DNA of 63,179 bases, filler included, from 4 parts of 4 records of this genome joined end to end with filler, not necessarily neighbours in it; one strand, 5' to 3'. Positions 1 through 10,040 are shown, numbered from the whole stretch's first letter. Program-made: numbers and translations. The notes: generated by a model not told the origin, from the letters alone.

Positions 1-2
1 AT

Positions 3-104
3 ATAGCTTTCAATATTTCAGCAAATACAAATGGTTCGTTGAACGAAATCAACCTTGAAAAGGCTAGTGGAACAGGCTTTTACGGGCAATTCACTGTTAA
101 ATAG
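3..104 (+). CDS. 3' end of an upstream CDS (partial, hypothetical)
   Basis: Frame is open from the window edge (IAFNISANTNGSLNEINLEKASGTGFYGQFTVK*), with TAG at 102-104, 3 nt before the next ATG. Confidence 0.55.
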   Translation: MAFNISANTNGSLNEINLEKASGTGFYGQFTVK

Positions 105-107
105 GCT

Positions 108-968
108 ATGAAAAAGGGAGCTATAATAAGTCTTGTTATCTGTCTTTTTAGTCAGGTGGGCTTTGGTCAAGGTTATGAAGTTTTAAATGACGATCCTTCG
201 AAGCTAATCAAAGGACATGTTGCTTTGGAGTACCTCACAGTAGATGCAGGGGTGGCCAATGTAAGTGGTGCTTATGCTTGGGCATTGGGTGTTAATACAT
301 ATTATCCTTTATTACCTTCTCTAGGTCTGGAAGGAAGCTTAAGAACACCTTTACTAAAACTAGAACCGTCTGGAGGCTTAGCCATTGCTGCTGAAGCTGG
401 AGCAAGCAAAACCCTATTCTCGAAAACTAAATTAAAAGAAGAACTCAAAGTGCTGATGAGTTTCAGTCAATCACGCTCTATGAGCACTGTAACTACTAGG
501 TCAAGTACGTTAACCATGCCTGGGAATGTTAGAACAGAATTCTTTGTACGTGGAGGAGGCTACTACAGGAATAGTAGTTATGAACCTGATGATGCTGGGG
601 TTTTCTCTACTATTAGCTCCATTACACATACTGGAGGCTATGCAGGGATAGGTATTTCTAAAGGCACATTTTTTCAGTTTAAGAGTGAAGAAACACAAGA
701 AAAATTTGCCCTCGGAAGCATCTTTAAACTCTATGCAGACGTGCTCATTTTGCCCACTGATATTAAAAATCCAGTATACGATGATTCGGATGCAATCGGC
801 TGGAGGCTTGGAGTAAAATGGTACAATAGCCCTTACACTATTGAGAATAATTATGGAAGAAAGAAGGGCTTCTTCGGTAATATGTTCGCCATTGGTGAAC
901 TGGGTACACGGCCTTATGAAGGTGCCGTGATTACACTATCAGTTGGCTATGTCATTATGAAATTCTAA
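108..968 (+). CDS. Hypothetical secreted protein, probable outer-membrane beta-barrel
   Basis: 286-aa ORF with N-terminal signal peptide, alternating hydrophobic strands and C-terminal ITLSVGYVIMKF resembling a beta-signal. Confidence 0.7.
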   Translation: MKKGAIISLVICLFSQVGFGQGYEVLNDDPSKLIKGHVALEYLTVDAGVANVSGAYAWALGVNTYYPLLPSLGLEGSLRTPLLKLEPSGGLAIAAEAGASKTLFSKTKLKEELKVLMSFSQSRSMSTVTTRSSTLTMPGNVRTEFFVRGGGYYRNSSYEPDDAGVFSTISSITHTGGYAGIGISKGTFFQFKSEETQEKFALGSIFKLYADVLILPTDIKNPVYDDSDAIGWRLGVKWYNSPYTIENNYGRKKGFFGNMFAIGELGTRPYEGAVITLSVGYVIMKF

Positions 969-1026
969 AAAATATTACATCACATGATGTAACCATAAAA
1001 AGTAAACACAATTAAAATTCATCACC

Positions 1027-1965
1027 ATGAAAAAGTTAACTCTATTATTAATGATTTCTATAGCCACAATTGGCTTAAATGCACAAACGGACTGGTCAAA
1101 AGTAGACTTCGCTAAAAAGTATAAGATGAAGGCGAAAATATCCGGAGGTGTGGCGAAGACTCTCAAAAACGACCCTGTTTTTATTAATGATTATTACATA
1201 AGCCAAGCATCATTGATGAAAGGGAAATCACAGGCAGGCATGATGCAGAAACAGGGTGTGGGCTCTGTATTTGCTGAGGCCTCGCTAGCCGGAGTAAGTA
1301 CCGAAGCAATTCAAAAACTTATTGAGGAGCTACATGCTCAGTTTGTTCAAGAACTCAAGGGGATTGGGTTGACCATTACCGATGGTCAATCTGTGATTGA
1401 TGAGGCAAATGAAAGCGGTAAAGGAGACAGGAAGAATGCTTGGATAGGAAAGACTGATGGCACTGTTATTTTTGATAAGACGAGCGTTTTGGATAATGCT
1501 CCAGATATTAAAGAGCAGAATATTTTTAGACCTGGTGACATGCCGATCTATATGACATCAGCTAGAATCCCGGGTAATTTTTATAATAACGCTGCGAAAA
1601 AAGCCAATGTAAACCTCATAAGTATCAATTACATGATCCGATTCGCATCGTTTGATGGCAAAAAGAGTATGACTAGAAATAGCTTGACAACTGAAGCTGG
1701 TTTATCGATACAGCCCACTGTTTTAATCACAAACCCTAAAGCGGCTTGGGGTTCAGTAACTTTTGATAAACCTATTGAAGGTAATAACGATTGGAGCAAA
1801 GGTTTGGTAGAAACAGATTCAAGAGACGGTTCTTTCTGGGGGCTTTCTTCGAAAGGCGAATATTCTATCCATGCTGATGAAGCTAAATACATTGAAGAGC
1901 TAAGACAAATCGTACTGAATACACAAAAAGCCATCGTGGCTCAAATTAAGTCCAACATGAAATAA
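1027..1965 (+). CDS. Hypothetical secreted protein
   Basis: 312-aa ORF with Sec signal MKKLTLLLMISIATIGLNA|Q (Bacteroidota Q-rule); no family recognised. Confidence 0.8.
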   Translation: MKKLTLLLMISIATIGLNAQTDWSKVDFAKKYKMKAKISGGVAKTLKNDPVFINDYYISQASLMKGKSQAGMMQKQGVGSVFAEASLAGVSTEAIQKLIEELHAQFVQELKGIGLTITDGQSVIDEANESGKGDRKNAWIGKTDGTVIFDKTSVLDNAPDIKEQNIFRPGDMPIYMTSARIPGNFYNNAAKKANVNLISINYMIRFASFDGKKSMTRNSLTTEAGLSIQPTVLITNPKAAWGSVTFDKPIEGNNDWSKGLVETDSRDGSFWGLSSKGEYSIHADEAKYIEELRQIVLNTQKAIVAQIKSNMK

Positions 1966-2130
1966 AATATTAACTCAAGTTTCAGAAGGGAACTAAGTAG
2001 TAGTTGATTATTGATTCAAACCTTAGCTAAGCCGCATCGAGTGAGGTTCTTGGTGTTGGCTTGCTAGATTTTAAAGAACAAATAAAGCATTTTTGGCTCG
2101 AGTTGGGTGCCTTAAATAGTGGTCGATTGG

Positions 2131-2161
2131 GGAAGCCTCGGGAGCGGGGCTTCCTTTTTTT
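2131..2161 (+). terminator. Intrinsic terminator
   Basis: GGAAGCCTCG-GGAG-CGGGGCTTCC followed by a T-run. Confidence 0.85.
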
Positions 2162-2271
2162 ATACGTGCCAGTACGGATGGTGATTTGCCTAAGTCAGGG
2201 GATGTTCGAAGGGTGTTTTTCAACCTAGTTTTATCATATAATTAATTGGCTATCAGGTCAAAAAATTCCTT

Positions 2272-2793
2272 ATGGAAACTTACTTGAATAGAATTAGCGC
2301 TTTTGACAAAGAGCAAACCTACACATTGGATGATAGAAGTATCTCGAATGGACAAACCCAGTGGGCCTTACAGGATATTCAAAATGTTCATTTGAGCTTC
2401 AAACCTACAAAGCACTATGGTGATATTTACCAATGCGCTATAGCATCAAGGTCCGGGAAAATCACCCTTTCTAACAGAATGTACCTTGGGCCAGCGAATT
2501 TCGAGTACCATTCTGAAGAGTACAGCCAGTTTGTGAGAAGCCTGTTACAAAACCTAGATGGTTATGGGCTGACCAATTTTAAATCAGGGAAATCTAAGAC
2601 CACCTATTGGCTCGAAGTAATCGCTTCAACCTTCTTTTTTGGCCTTATGCTAATTGTTTTGATCGTTTTTGGTGCTTGGATTATTGCCCTTGGATTCTTG
2701 GCATTGCTGGTCTTTAGGTTAGTCCCATATTATAAGAAAAACCGACCTATGACTTTTTCTGCCAATCATATCCCAAACCACATATTACCATAA
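2272..2793 (+). CDS. Hypothetical membrane protein (soluble N-domain plus two C-terminal TM helices)
   Basis: 173-aa ORF with a hydrophobic hairpin near the C-terminus. Confidence 0.75.
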   Translation: METYLNRISAFDKEQTYTLDDRSISNGQTQWALQDIQNVHLSFKPTKHYGDIYQCAIASRSGKITLSNRMYLGPANFEYHSEEYSQFVRSLLQNLDGYGLTNFKSGKSKTTYWLEVIASTFFFGLMLIVLIVFGAWIIALGFLALLVFRLVPYYKKNRPMTFSANHIPNHILP

Positions 2794-2824
2794 AATCAAC
2801 TTTGTAAATCTTAAAATATAAACT

Positions 2825-3214
2825 ATGAAAAAGGTATTAACAGGACTGTTCTTTGTAATTGCTGTAATAGCATATTTGGTTTTTAGCTCGTCCAGCTATG
2901 GAGAAAAGCTTGAGTTTAATGGGACTGACGTTTACTACACCGACCTTGTAACTGAGGCGGATGCTCAAAAATTGGGAGGTTATTTGATTGAATCAGAGTT
3001 TGCTGATGGTAATGGAAAATCAGTTCAATTAACAAAAAGGGACTCTACTTATTTGTTTAGAATGGTTGTGATTGACGGTGTGACAGAAGACAGCACCAAA
3101 GACATAAGTTTTAAGGCATTGGCCATGCTTATCTCAATGCAGGTTTTTGATGACGCCCCTGTTGAGTTAGAAGCCTGTTCGAATACTTTTGAAACTCTTC
3201 GAGTATATAAGTGA
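2825..3214 (+). CDS. Hypothetical membrane-anchored protein
   Basis: 129-aa ORF with an N-terminal hydrophobic helix. Confidence 0.75.
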   Translation: MKKVLTGLFFVIAVIAYLVFSSSSYGEKLEFNGTDVYYTDLVTEADAQKLGGYLIESEFADGNGKSVQLTKRDSTYLFRMVVIDGVTEDSTKDISFKALAMLISMQVFDDAPVELEACSNTFETLRVYK

Positions 3215-3215
3215 A

Positions 3216-3965
3216 ATGAAAGCGACCAAAAAGTCCCATTTCACTCTCTTAATAGTCGGGTTTACCCTCTTAATGATTGCAGGCCTTAGTGCTTGTATCA
3301 TTATGCTTATTTTGATGTCTGTTGATGAGGTCTCGTTCGATAAAGGCTTTATCTTCTTTCTGGGTCTGACTGTAACTGTAATTAGCCTACGGATAATTAT
3401 TAAACAAAATCAAAGTTATAGCCAACAGAGAGTAGATGCGGCTAGAAATGGCGATGAGGCCGTTCTAACCCAATGGGAAATAGGCAAAGCACAATGGAGC
3501 CAGTTCTGTAAAGCTAAATATGAACTTGATATTAAGGAGTCTTCTGGCTATGGTTGGGGTGCAGCTAGCTTAATGGGGCTTATTTCATTTTTTTCGTTTT
3601 GGAATAAATTTGATCTAGACCAAGTTGTTGTATTTACACTGTTGACGGCTTGTGTTTTCTTTTTTATTGGGAAACATGTAGCACAACTGAAAGCTAGGTC
3701 TGATTTCAAAAGTCAAACTCAATCAGAAGCAGCTGATATTCATTTTGCTAAATGCTCTATTATATTCAACAGTAGGCTTATCCTTTTAAATGAGTTTGGG
3801 TACCAACTCAAGAACTTCTCAATTCAAGAGAAGTTCAATATGAAAGTAATTGCATTTTCGGTTGAGTCTGGGATTGGAAATAGAAAGTCTAGCCGCAACT
3901 ATACCATCCCTATGCCTGAAGGTAAGGAGGAGGAAGCAAATAAATTAGCTTCGTATTACAACTAA
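3216..3965 (+). CDS. Hypothetical multi-pass membrane protein
   Basis: Four hydrophobic segments; ATG at 3216, just after the upstream stop, preferred over TTG at 3189. Confidence 0.75.
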   Translation: MKATKKSHFTLLIVGFTLLMIAGLSACIIMLILMSVDEVSFDKGFIFFLGLTVTVISLRIIIKQNQSYSQQRVDAARNGDEAVLTQWEIGKAQWSQFCKAKYELDIKESSGYGWGAASLMGLISFFSFWNKFDLDQVVVFTLLTACVFFFIGKHVAQLKARSDFKSQTQSEAADIHFAKCSIIFNSRLILLNEFGYQLKNFSIQEKFNMKVIAFSVESGIGNRKSSRNYTIPMPEGKEEEANKLASYYN

Positions 3966-4045
3966 ATTGATTAAATTAAAGTCAGTATAAGAACTGGCAG
4001 AGTTGTTGTAACCTAGGTTAGCTAGTTACCAACCTTAATTCAAAA

Positions 4046-4237
4046 ATGAGAAAAGTAATCAACTTTTGTTTTGTCTTGCTAGCAATCGCTGCGGTAGTCT
4101 ATGGACTTATAGCACGTGACTCTAAGAATAGGGCCACCAAGGAATCTCATGCCCTGGAGTTGGTTAAGGGTAAGTCTCTAAACGATAATCTGATTTCAGA
4201 CTTGGATTCAGAGGAGGAGGTAGCTGTTCCTTATTAA
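4046..4237 (+). CDS. Small single-TM hypothetical protein
   Basis: 63-aa ORF with A-rich upstream sequence, N-terminal TM and acidic tail. Confidence 0.55.
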   Translation: MRKVINFCFVLLAIAAVVYGLIARDSKNRATKESHALELVKGKSLNDNLISDLDSEEEVAVPY

Positions 4238-4246
4238 GTATTAAAA

Positions 4247-6970
4247 TTATTTTCCTCCAAACTTATTCAGCTTGTAACCCAGCCTAAATCTAATGATTTG
4301 GCGCAAAACATTGGTTTCAGAATTTTGAATGTATTCTGAAGTTACATTTCGGTTAATTACAGAGCTTTGACCGAGTAAATCACTGGCTGTTACGCTAAAA
4401 TCCATTTTCTTTTTGAAGAAAGACTTTCCGAAAGACATGTTCCAGATTACTTGGCTGGTACCATCAATGTTCCCCACTTTACCATTTTGTTGATGGGTGA
4501 GAGAAGTGGTAATGAGAATCCCATTTTCCGATTTATAGGTGGCACGCAGTGAAGAAGCCATTTGGGAATAGCGCCTATTTCCTAATTCATTACTCGGATT
4601 TTTTACATTTGAAAAGCCAGGTCTAGCACTGAGCGATACATCAAGCTTCTTGTTGAAGTTGCTATTTAACGCAAATCCAATTCCATAATTAGAGTTTTCA
4701 GAAATTTGAATGACGCTATTTAGGAGTTGAGGGTTTCGGCTAAAGCTGGCAGAGCCACTTACTTGGATATTGAGTTTTAATTTTTCTATGGGTTTCGAAA
4801 TATTAATACTCCCATTCATATTTCTTCTTCCATCCATGTTTACGGGAGTACTTAACCGTGCACCTACAGGCAATTCAATGCCATCAGGACTATTTGTTCC
4901 ATTCCCAATGATAGTACTGTTTACTACTGTGTTTTCTGTAGTTCCTGCAGATAGGTTGAAAGATATATATGATTTTGTTTCTTTATTAAATAGGGCATAG
5001 GTTAAGGCCAGCCTGTTAGAGTAACTTTCAGAGAGTTCTGGGTTTCCTCTTCTTAGGAATAAAGGGTTACTATTGTCCAGTACATTTTGCAGTTGACTAG
5101 CTTGTGGCACGCCCATACTTCTTGAATAATTCAACCTAATTTGTTTGCCTTCCTTATTTCTGAAAGACAAACTAACATTGGGTAAAAAGCCTTCAAAGTT
5201 CCTGTCTAAAGTGGTAGACCTTGGGAAGGTCTGATTATTCTCAATCCTTTGGAACTGGTATTTTGCTCCGGTAGAAATGTTTATTTCCCCAATCTTGAAT
5301 TGAATCCCCGAGTTAAATTCGTCCTTGGTTAATCTGTTGTCATACTGACTTGATCGAAGAGTGTCGATGTCCGTATAATTCGATTCATTGTTATTGTAGT
5401 TGAGTAGTAAATTCTCATTGTCGGTTTTATTAATATCTCTTTTATAAGATAGCTTGAGGCTCTGCTTTTCTCCTATCGGTTCGGTATAAGAAACTTGAGT
5501 GGAAAATCTATTGGTATTATCTTTTGGTCTACTGAATTGGTCATAGTCCTGATTGCTTACATTTCCAGTGTTAAAACGATTGATAGACCTTACAGAGTCA
5601 ATACCAGTCGATTCACTTTGACCAAGACTAGAGTTGATTGAAATAGTTCGGCCTTTTTTGGAGAATTTGTGCCACCAACTGAAGCTACTACTCCAGTTAT
5701 TACCATCAAGCTCAGCGAAGTTCCTATTGTCGGTACTATTGATTTCTTCACCATTCATAAAAGTATTTCCAGTTACATGAGAAGTGTTTTTTCCCTCGCT
5801 TAACGAAAAACTCTGTCTTAGTGTAAATCGATCGTTGTCGCTTGGTTTATACTCTAAACTCAGTGATGTACTATGAGAAATATTATTGTTTTCACGTTCA
5901 GATCTTTGGTTGTAAACCCTACCAGAATCAGCTGCTTGAATATACTGTTGAGAAGTTTCATTAATCGATTTAGTAATTGACCCTCGGTAAGCATAGGACG
6001 CATTTGCTGTAAGCTTCGGTAGGATTTCAGAATAATAGTAAGTGTTGAAATTACTCTGTTGAGAAATGCCTCCGCTTGGCCCCATTCCTTGAACCATAAC
6101 CATACCTTGGCCGCCTCCCATATCCATGTATTGCGGTGCGCCACCTCCTGAACTTAGGTTATTGAAGCTTCCAGAGAAAGAAAATCGGTCTTTGCCTCGA
6201 ATAAAGTTAATATTCCCACTTGCTAGATAGCGTTCTGGTGGACTGTAAGTCAGGCCTAAGGTTGAAAAATAGCCTCTTCGTTTTTCTGGTTTGGTCACCA
6301 CATTAAGCACCTTTTCCCTTTTTCCATCATCGTGACCACTAAATATGGCCTCCTTACTTTTTTCATCTATCACCTGAATTTTACTTACCATATCTGCTGG
6401 TAAATTATTCAAAGTAAATTCTGGGCTGTTTTGGAAAAAGGGTTTCCCATCTACTATTATCTTTGTAATCGCTTCCCCTTGAGAGGTTAGTTTTCCATCC
6501 TTTACTTCCAATCCAGGCATTTTCTTTAGTAAGTCCTCAAGGTTGGCTTCCGAGGTAGTTTTATAAGCAGAGGAGTTGAATTCTACGGTATCCTGCTTTA
6601 GAACCACGGCAGGAGCAATGCCTTCAACACTTACTGAATCAAGTAGCATAAGGTCATCTACCAAAAATATTTTTCCAAAGTTGATTGATTGATTATTGAA
6701 TTCGAAAGTCTGGGAATAGGGTTTAAAGCCTACGTAGGTGATGTCGATTTTGTATGTGCCCTTGGTTAATCTTGAGAAGTTAAACTCACCTTTTTCCGAG
6801 GTGGTCATGGCTTTAAAAAGGCTGTCATTTTGTTGAAGAAGTATCACATTGGCCAAATAGAGAGGCTTTTGCTCGGTGCTGTCGAGTACTGCTCCAGAAA
6901 CGGTTGCTTCTTGTGATATGCAATATGAAAAGCACAAGATTGAGTATAAAAAAATAATAACTAGTTTCAT
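4247..6970 (-). CDS. Outer-membrane beta-barrel / TonB-dependent-receptor-like protein (CarboxypepD_reg-like N-domain, plug, OMP_b-brl_3-type barrel)
   Basis: 907 aa; signal peptide, EDLLKKMPG...IIVDGKPFF...LNNLPADMV plug motif, RRGNPEL, C-terminal FRLGYKL. Confidence 0.85.
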   Translation of the reverse strand: MKLVIIFLYSILCFSYCISQEATVSGAVLDSTEQKPLYLANVILLQQNDSLFKAMTTSEKGEFNFSRLTKGTYKIDITYVGFKPYSQTFEFNNQSINFGKIFLVDDLMLLDSVSVEGIAPAVVLKQDTVEFNSSAYKTTSEANLEDLLKKMPGLEVKDGKLTSQGEAITKIIVDGKPFFQNSPEFTLNNLPADMVSKIQVIDEKSKEAIFSGHDDGKREKVLNVVTKPEKRRGYFSTLGLTYSPPERYLASGNINFIRGKDRFSFSGSFNNLSSGGGAPQYMDMGGGQGMVMVQGMGPSGGISQQSNFNTYYYSEILPKLTANASYAYRGSITKSINETSQQYIQAADSGRVYNQRSERENNNISHSTSLSLEYKPSDNDRFTLRQSFSLSEGKNTSHVTGNTFMNGEEINSTDNRNFAELDGNNWSSSFSWWHKFSKKGRTISINSSLGQSESTGIDSVRSINRFNTGNVSNQDYDQFSRPKDNTNRFSTQVSYTEPIGEKQSLKLSYKRDINKTDNENLLLNYNNNESNYTDIDTLRSSQYDNRLTKDEFNSGIQFKIGEINISTGAKYQFQRIENNQTFPRSTTLDRNFEGFLPNVSLSFRNKEGKQIRLNYSRSMGVPQASQLQNVLDNSNPLFLRRGNPELSESYSNRLALTYALFNKETKSYISFNLSAGTTENTVVNSTIIGNGTNSPDGIELPVGARLSTPVNMDGRRNMNGSINISKPIEKLKLNIQVSGSASFSRNPQLLNSVIQISENSNYGIGFALNSNFNKKLDVSLSARPGFSNVKNPSNELGNRRYSQMASSLRATYKSENGILITTSLTHQQNGKVGNIDGTSQVIWNMSFGKSFFKKKMDFSVTASDLLGQSSVINRNVTSEYIQNSETNVLRQIIRFRLGYKLNKFGGK

Positions 6971-7001
6971 GAATTATGACCTTGTCATGAAACTAGTTAT
7001 T
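6956..7001. repeat. Perfect 17-bp inverted repeat overlapping the start codon of the 907-aa gene
   Basis: AATAACTAGTTTCATGA (6956-6972), 12-nt spacer, TCATGAAACTAGTTATT (6985-7001). Confidence 0.95.
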
Positions 7002-7073
7002 TTTATCTCAAACTTAAATTTTAGTTTGTTAAAACTTTAAAATTTATGGTTTGCCATATATCTGAGAATGGGC

Positions 7074-10031
7074 TTAGAACATGTCTCCATTCCCTCCTCG
7101 GCCACCTGCGCCACCTTCATTTCCACCGAAACGCTGTCTCATTTGATTCATGCGTTGCTGTCTGTCGTCAAGTGCAGGAGCGGTTCCGCTACCAAAACTT
7201 CTGATATTGAAAGTAAAGGTTAACATAAGGTACTGGGTAAGGATTTGCGAGTTAGTATCCTGGATATAAGATCCGTTGATACTTCTTGAAACTCTTTGAT
7301 TTTGTTTTAAAAGGTCAAAAACAGTCAACTTCAATTCAGCTTTGTCTTTGATTAACTTCTTACCAAACTCCATGTTCCAAACCAAATAACTCTGATTAAA
7401 TCCATCGCTAAGGCCTGGGTTTGCTGTATGGTTTACTTCTGATCTGAATACGAAGCTTGGGCCGAAAATCCAGTTCAATCTTAGGCGTGTTGACTGAGTA
7501 AATGACTCAGTATTGGTTTGGCTTTGAACAGTGTTGCTAGTAGTGCTGTAACTAGAGTTACTTGAAACCGTGAAATCAATTTTCTCACTGATATTACTGC
7601 TGAATACTGCGCCTAATCCTAAACTGGGAGAGGAAGAGTGATTCATTTCTTCGTTAATCATTTCCGGTGTACGGCTATAATTTCCAGTAAGAGTTAGGTT
7701 CAAGTTGGATTTCACCGCAGCTAATGGAAGCCCAAATGAAACAAAACTTCTCACACTATAGTAACCACCCAAATTCATAGGCTGAGAGTATTGAGCACCC
7801 GGTTCTAAAGTAATATCTCCTATTGTTGTATTCTCTCTCGAGGCAATAATGGTATTGTTACCGATGTAATTATCAGAGTAAGTGGTATTCAACGTAGCGA
7901 AAAACGTAGTGGACTTTTCAATATTGGTTTTCGTGTACCTTATTGTTGCGTTGTGTTGGTAATTCTGATCCAAGTTTGGGTTACCCGCACTAATGAAAAG
8001 AGGATTAGAGTTGTCTATCACATTTTGAAGTTGGCTAACCGATGGTGCCTGTGTACTGGTTCTGTATGAAACATTTATGTTTTCTGTACGTCCAACACTA
8101 TAACGGTAGTTAACACTTGGTAAAAAGTTGTTAAACGTTCTTTTTACGTTATCATTAGTTGGGAAAGTCTGATCGTTGTCTAATGTTGCATTCTGATAAT
8201 TTCCACTTACAGAAAGGTTTGATTTTTCACCTCTTAAGTTATAACCCACAGTAGCACCGTGTGTAATATAGTCGTTTTTGAAAATGTTACTCAAAGGAAT
8301 ATTAAGATCAGAGTACTCGCCTGACCCCTCATTGTAATCGTAAGTTTTCTTGTCTGAATCGTTGTATTGGTAACCGTATTGATAGGTCATCAATAATTGG
8401 CTCTTGTCTGTGATTGGCTCAGTAAAAGTAGCGTTGGCTCTCAACGTTACTCCTGGCTGAGTCAATGAAGCACTTTGTCTGAGGTCTTGAGTCTCAGGGT
8501 TCCCTTGGTTGTCGTAGAAAATGTTTTCAGACAATAGAAGACTTTCTCCTGTACTTTTATTCAGCGCGGTATTCACGTTGATTGAAAATGTTCTCCCTCG
8601 TTTATCAAATGAACGTCTATAAAGGAGGTTGTTAGAGAAATTATAAGCCATTAGGTCACTTGTGTTCTCAGTATCAGTAGAGTTCAACACGTCATCGTCC
8701 AACATCGTGGTTCCTGTTACAAAGGAAGAACCCACATTGTCTTGAAGTGTAAGTGATGGTCTAATTGTTAATGAGTTTTTATCATTTATGGTGTAGTCAA
8801 TTTTTGCGTTGAACCTATGGTTAATGTTAGTGCTTGGTGAAATGGTATTCTCCTCATAAGTCTGACCTTCGTTTTGAGGCAAAGTAAACTGCCTAAAAAT
8901 TGATTGGTTAGAAGTATTACTGCTTTCATTATAAAAGTAGCTTCCTGAAAAGTCTAATTTGTTGTTGGGCTGATAGGAGTAGTTGATCCCGAAAGCTGTG
9001 GTTTTAGAAATCCCACCTTGTTGGCCTACAAGGAAATCGCTAGTGTTTCCTCCGTTAGAGAAACCTCCACCGCCAGCACCGCCTCGGCCACCGGCAGCAC
9101 CACCTCTGCCGCCACCAGCGCCACCTCTGCCGCCACCAGCACCACCACGGCCACCACCAGAAGTTATTCCTAACAGGTCACTTGTTGAGAAATTTTGAAT
9201 GTTAATATTGTTGGTTTGAGCCAAAATAGTGGTTCTGCTTTTAGGTCTGAAAAGGTTGATGCTGCCACCAACATTATAAGTTTCGTCAGTTCCTGCTCCA
9301 GCGTATACTTTTCCAAATTCGCCATTACTCATGCTTGCTTTGGTGATGATGTTTAATACTTTGGAGGTTTCGCCATCCATAAATCCAGTGAATTGAGACT
9401 GGTCACTACCTTGGTCATACACTTGAATTTTCTCAATAATCTCAGCTGGTAAGTTTTGTAAAGCTGCGCTTGGGTCATTTCCAAAGAACTCTCTTCCGTC
9501 AACCAATACTCTTGTGACGTTTTCGCCTTGTGCTTGAACTTGACCATTGACGATCATAATTCCAGGCATTTTTTCTAATAGATCTTGAGCATTGGCATCT
9601 GGGTTTACTTTGTATGCCGCTGCATTCATGATGGTTGTGTCACCATTTTGCTCAACTCTGTCTACAAGTCCTTCCACAGTTACTTCGTCCAACTGTTTAA
9701 TGTCTTCAGACATTAAAATTGTACCTAAGTCATAAGTTCCTCCGGCTATTGTGATGTCTTTTTTGAAGTCGAAATAACCAACAAATGAAATTTTGAAAGC
9801 GTAGTCGCCATCGGGTATTCCTGTAATTCTAAACTCTCCACTCAGGTCGCTAATCTTGGCTTTCAAGGTAGCGTCTGCTTTGTTAATAATACTGACAGTT
9901 GCGGCCACCATGGGTACGCGGTCGGCACTATCGAGGACGGTTCCTTTCACTACCCAAAACTGTGCTTGGGCGCTGCTTGCAAAAGCTAGGAACAAAAAAA
10001 TGAATGCGATTCTGATGACTTGATTTTTCAT
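7074..10031 (-). CDS. Outer-membrane beta-barrel / TonB-dependent-receptor-like protein, paralog of 4247-6970
   Basis: Shared motifs (DLLEKMPG, VLVDGREFF, LQNLPAE, SAGNPNL); ATG at 10031 (MKNQVIRIAF signal peptide) preferred over GTG at 10040. Confidence 0.85.
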   Translation of the reverse strand: MKNQVIRIAFIFLFLAFASSAQAQFWVVKGTVLDSADRVPMVAATVSIINKADATLKAKISDLSGEFRITGIPDGDYAFKISFVGYFDFKKDITIAGGTYDLGTILMSEDIKQLDEVTVEGLVDRVEQNGDTTIMNAAAYKVNPDANAQDLLEKMPGIMIVNGQVQAQGENVTRVLVDGREFFGNDPSAALQNLPAEIIEKIQVYDQGSDQSQFTGFMDGETSKVLNIITKASMSNGEFGKVYAGAGTDETYNVGGSINLFRPKSRTTILAQTNNINIQNFSTSDLLGITSGGGRGGAGGGRGGAGGGRGGAAGGRGGAGGGGFSNGGNTSDFLVGQQGGISKTTAFGINYSYQPNNKLDFSGSYFYNESSNTSNQSIFRQFTLPQNEGQTYEENTISPSTNINHRFNAKIDYTINDKNSLTIRPSLTLQDNVGSSFVTGTTMLDDDVLNSTDTENTSDLMAYNFSNNLLYRRSFDKRGRTFSINVNTALNKSTGESLLLSENIFYDNQGNPETQDLRQSASLTQPGVTLRANATFTEPITDKSQLLMTYQYGYQYNDSDKKTYDYNEGSGEYSDLNIPLSNIFKNDYITHGATVGYNLRGEKSNLSVSGNYQNATLDNDQTFPTNDNVKRTFNNFLPSVNYRYSVGRTENINVSYRTSTQAPSVSQLQNVIDNSNPLFISAGNPNLDQNYQHNATIRYTKTNIEKSTTFFATLNTTYSDNYIGNNTIIASRENTTIGDITLEPGAQYSQPMNLGGYYSVRSFVSFGLPLAAVKSNLNLTLTGNYSRTPEMINEEMNHSSSPSLGLGAVFSSNISEKIDFTVSSNSSYSTTSNTVQSQTNTESFTQSTRLRLNWIFGPSFVFRSEVNHTANPGLSDGFNQSYLVWNMEFGKKLIKDKAELKLTVFDLLKQNQRVSRSINGSYIQDTNSQILTQYLMLTFTFNIRSFGSGTAPALDDRQQRMNQMRQRFGGNEGGAGGRGGNGDMF
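9061..9160 (-). repeat. In-frame 21-nt tandem repeat encoding about four GGAGGGR units
   Basis: ccacctctgccgccaccagc is repeated; protein reads GGGRGGAGGGRGGAGGGRGGAAGGRGGAGGGG. Confidence 0.85.
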
Positions 10032-10040
10032 ATATGGCAC

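Noticed and set aside
2171-2208. Possible tandem regulator sites (AGTACGGATG / AGTCAGGGGATG) upstream of 2272
   Set aside because: Too degenerate to support
6987-7040. Short + strand ORF MKLVIFISNLNFSLLKL mirroring the barrel N-terminus
   Set aside because: A by-product of the inverted repeat; no independent evidence of coding
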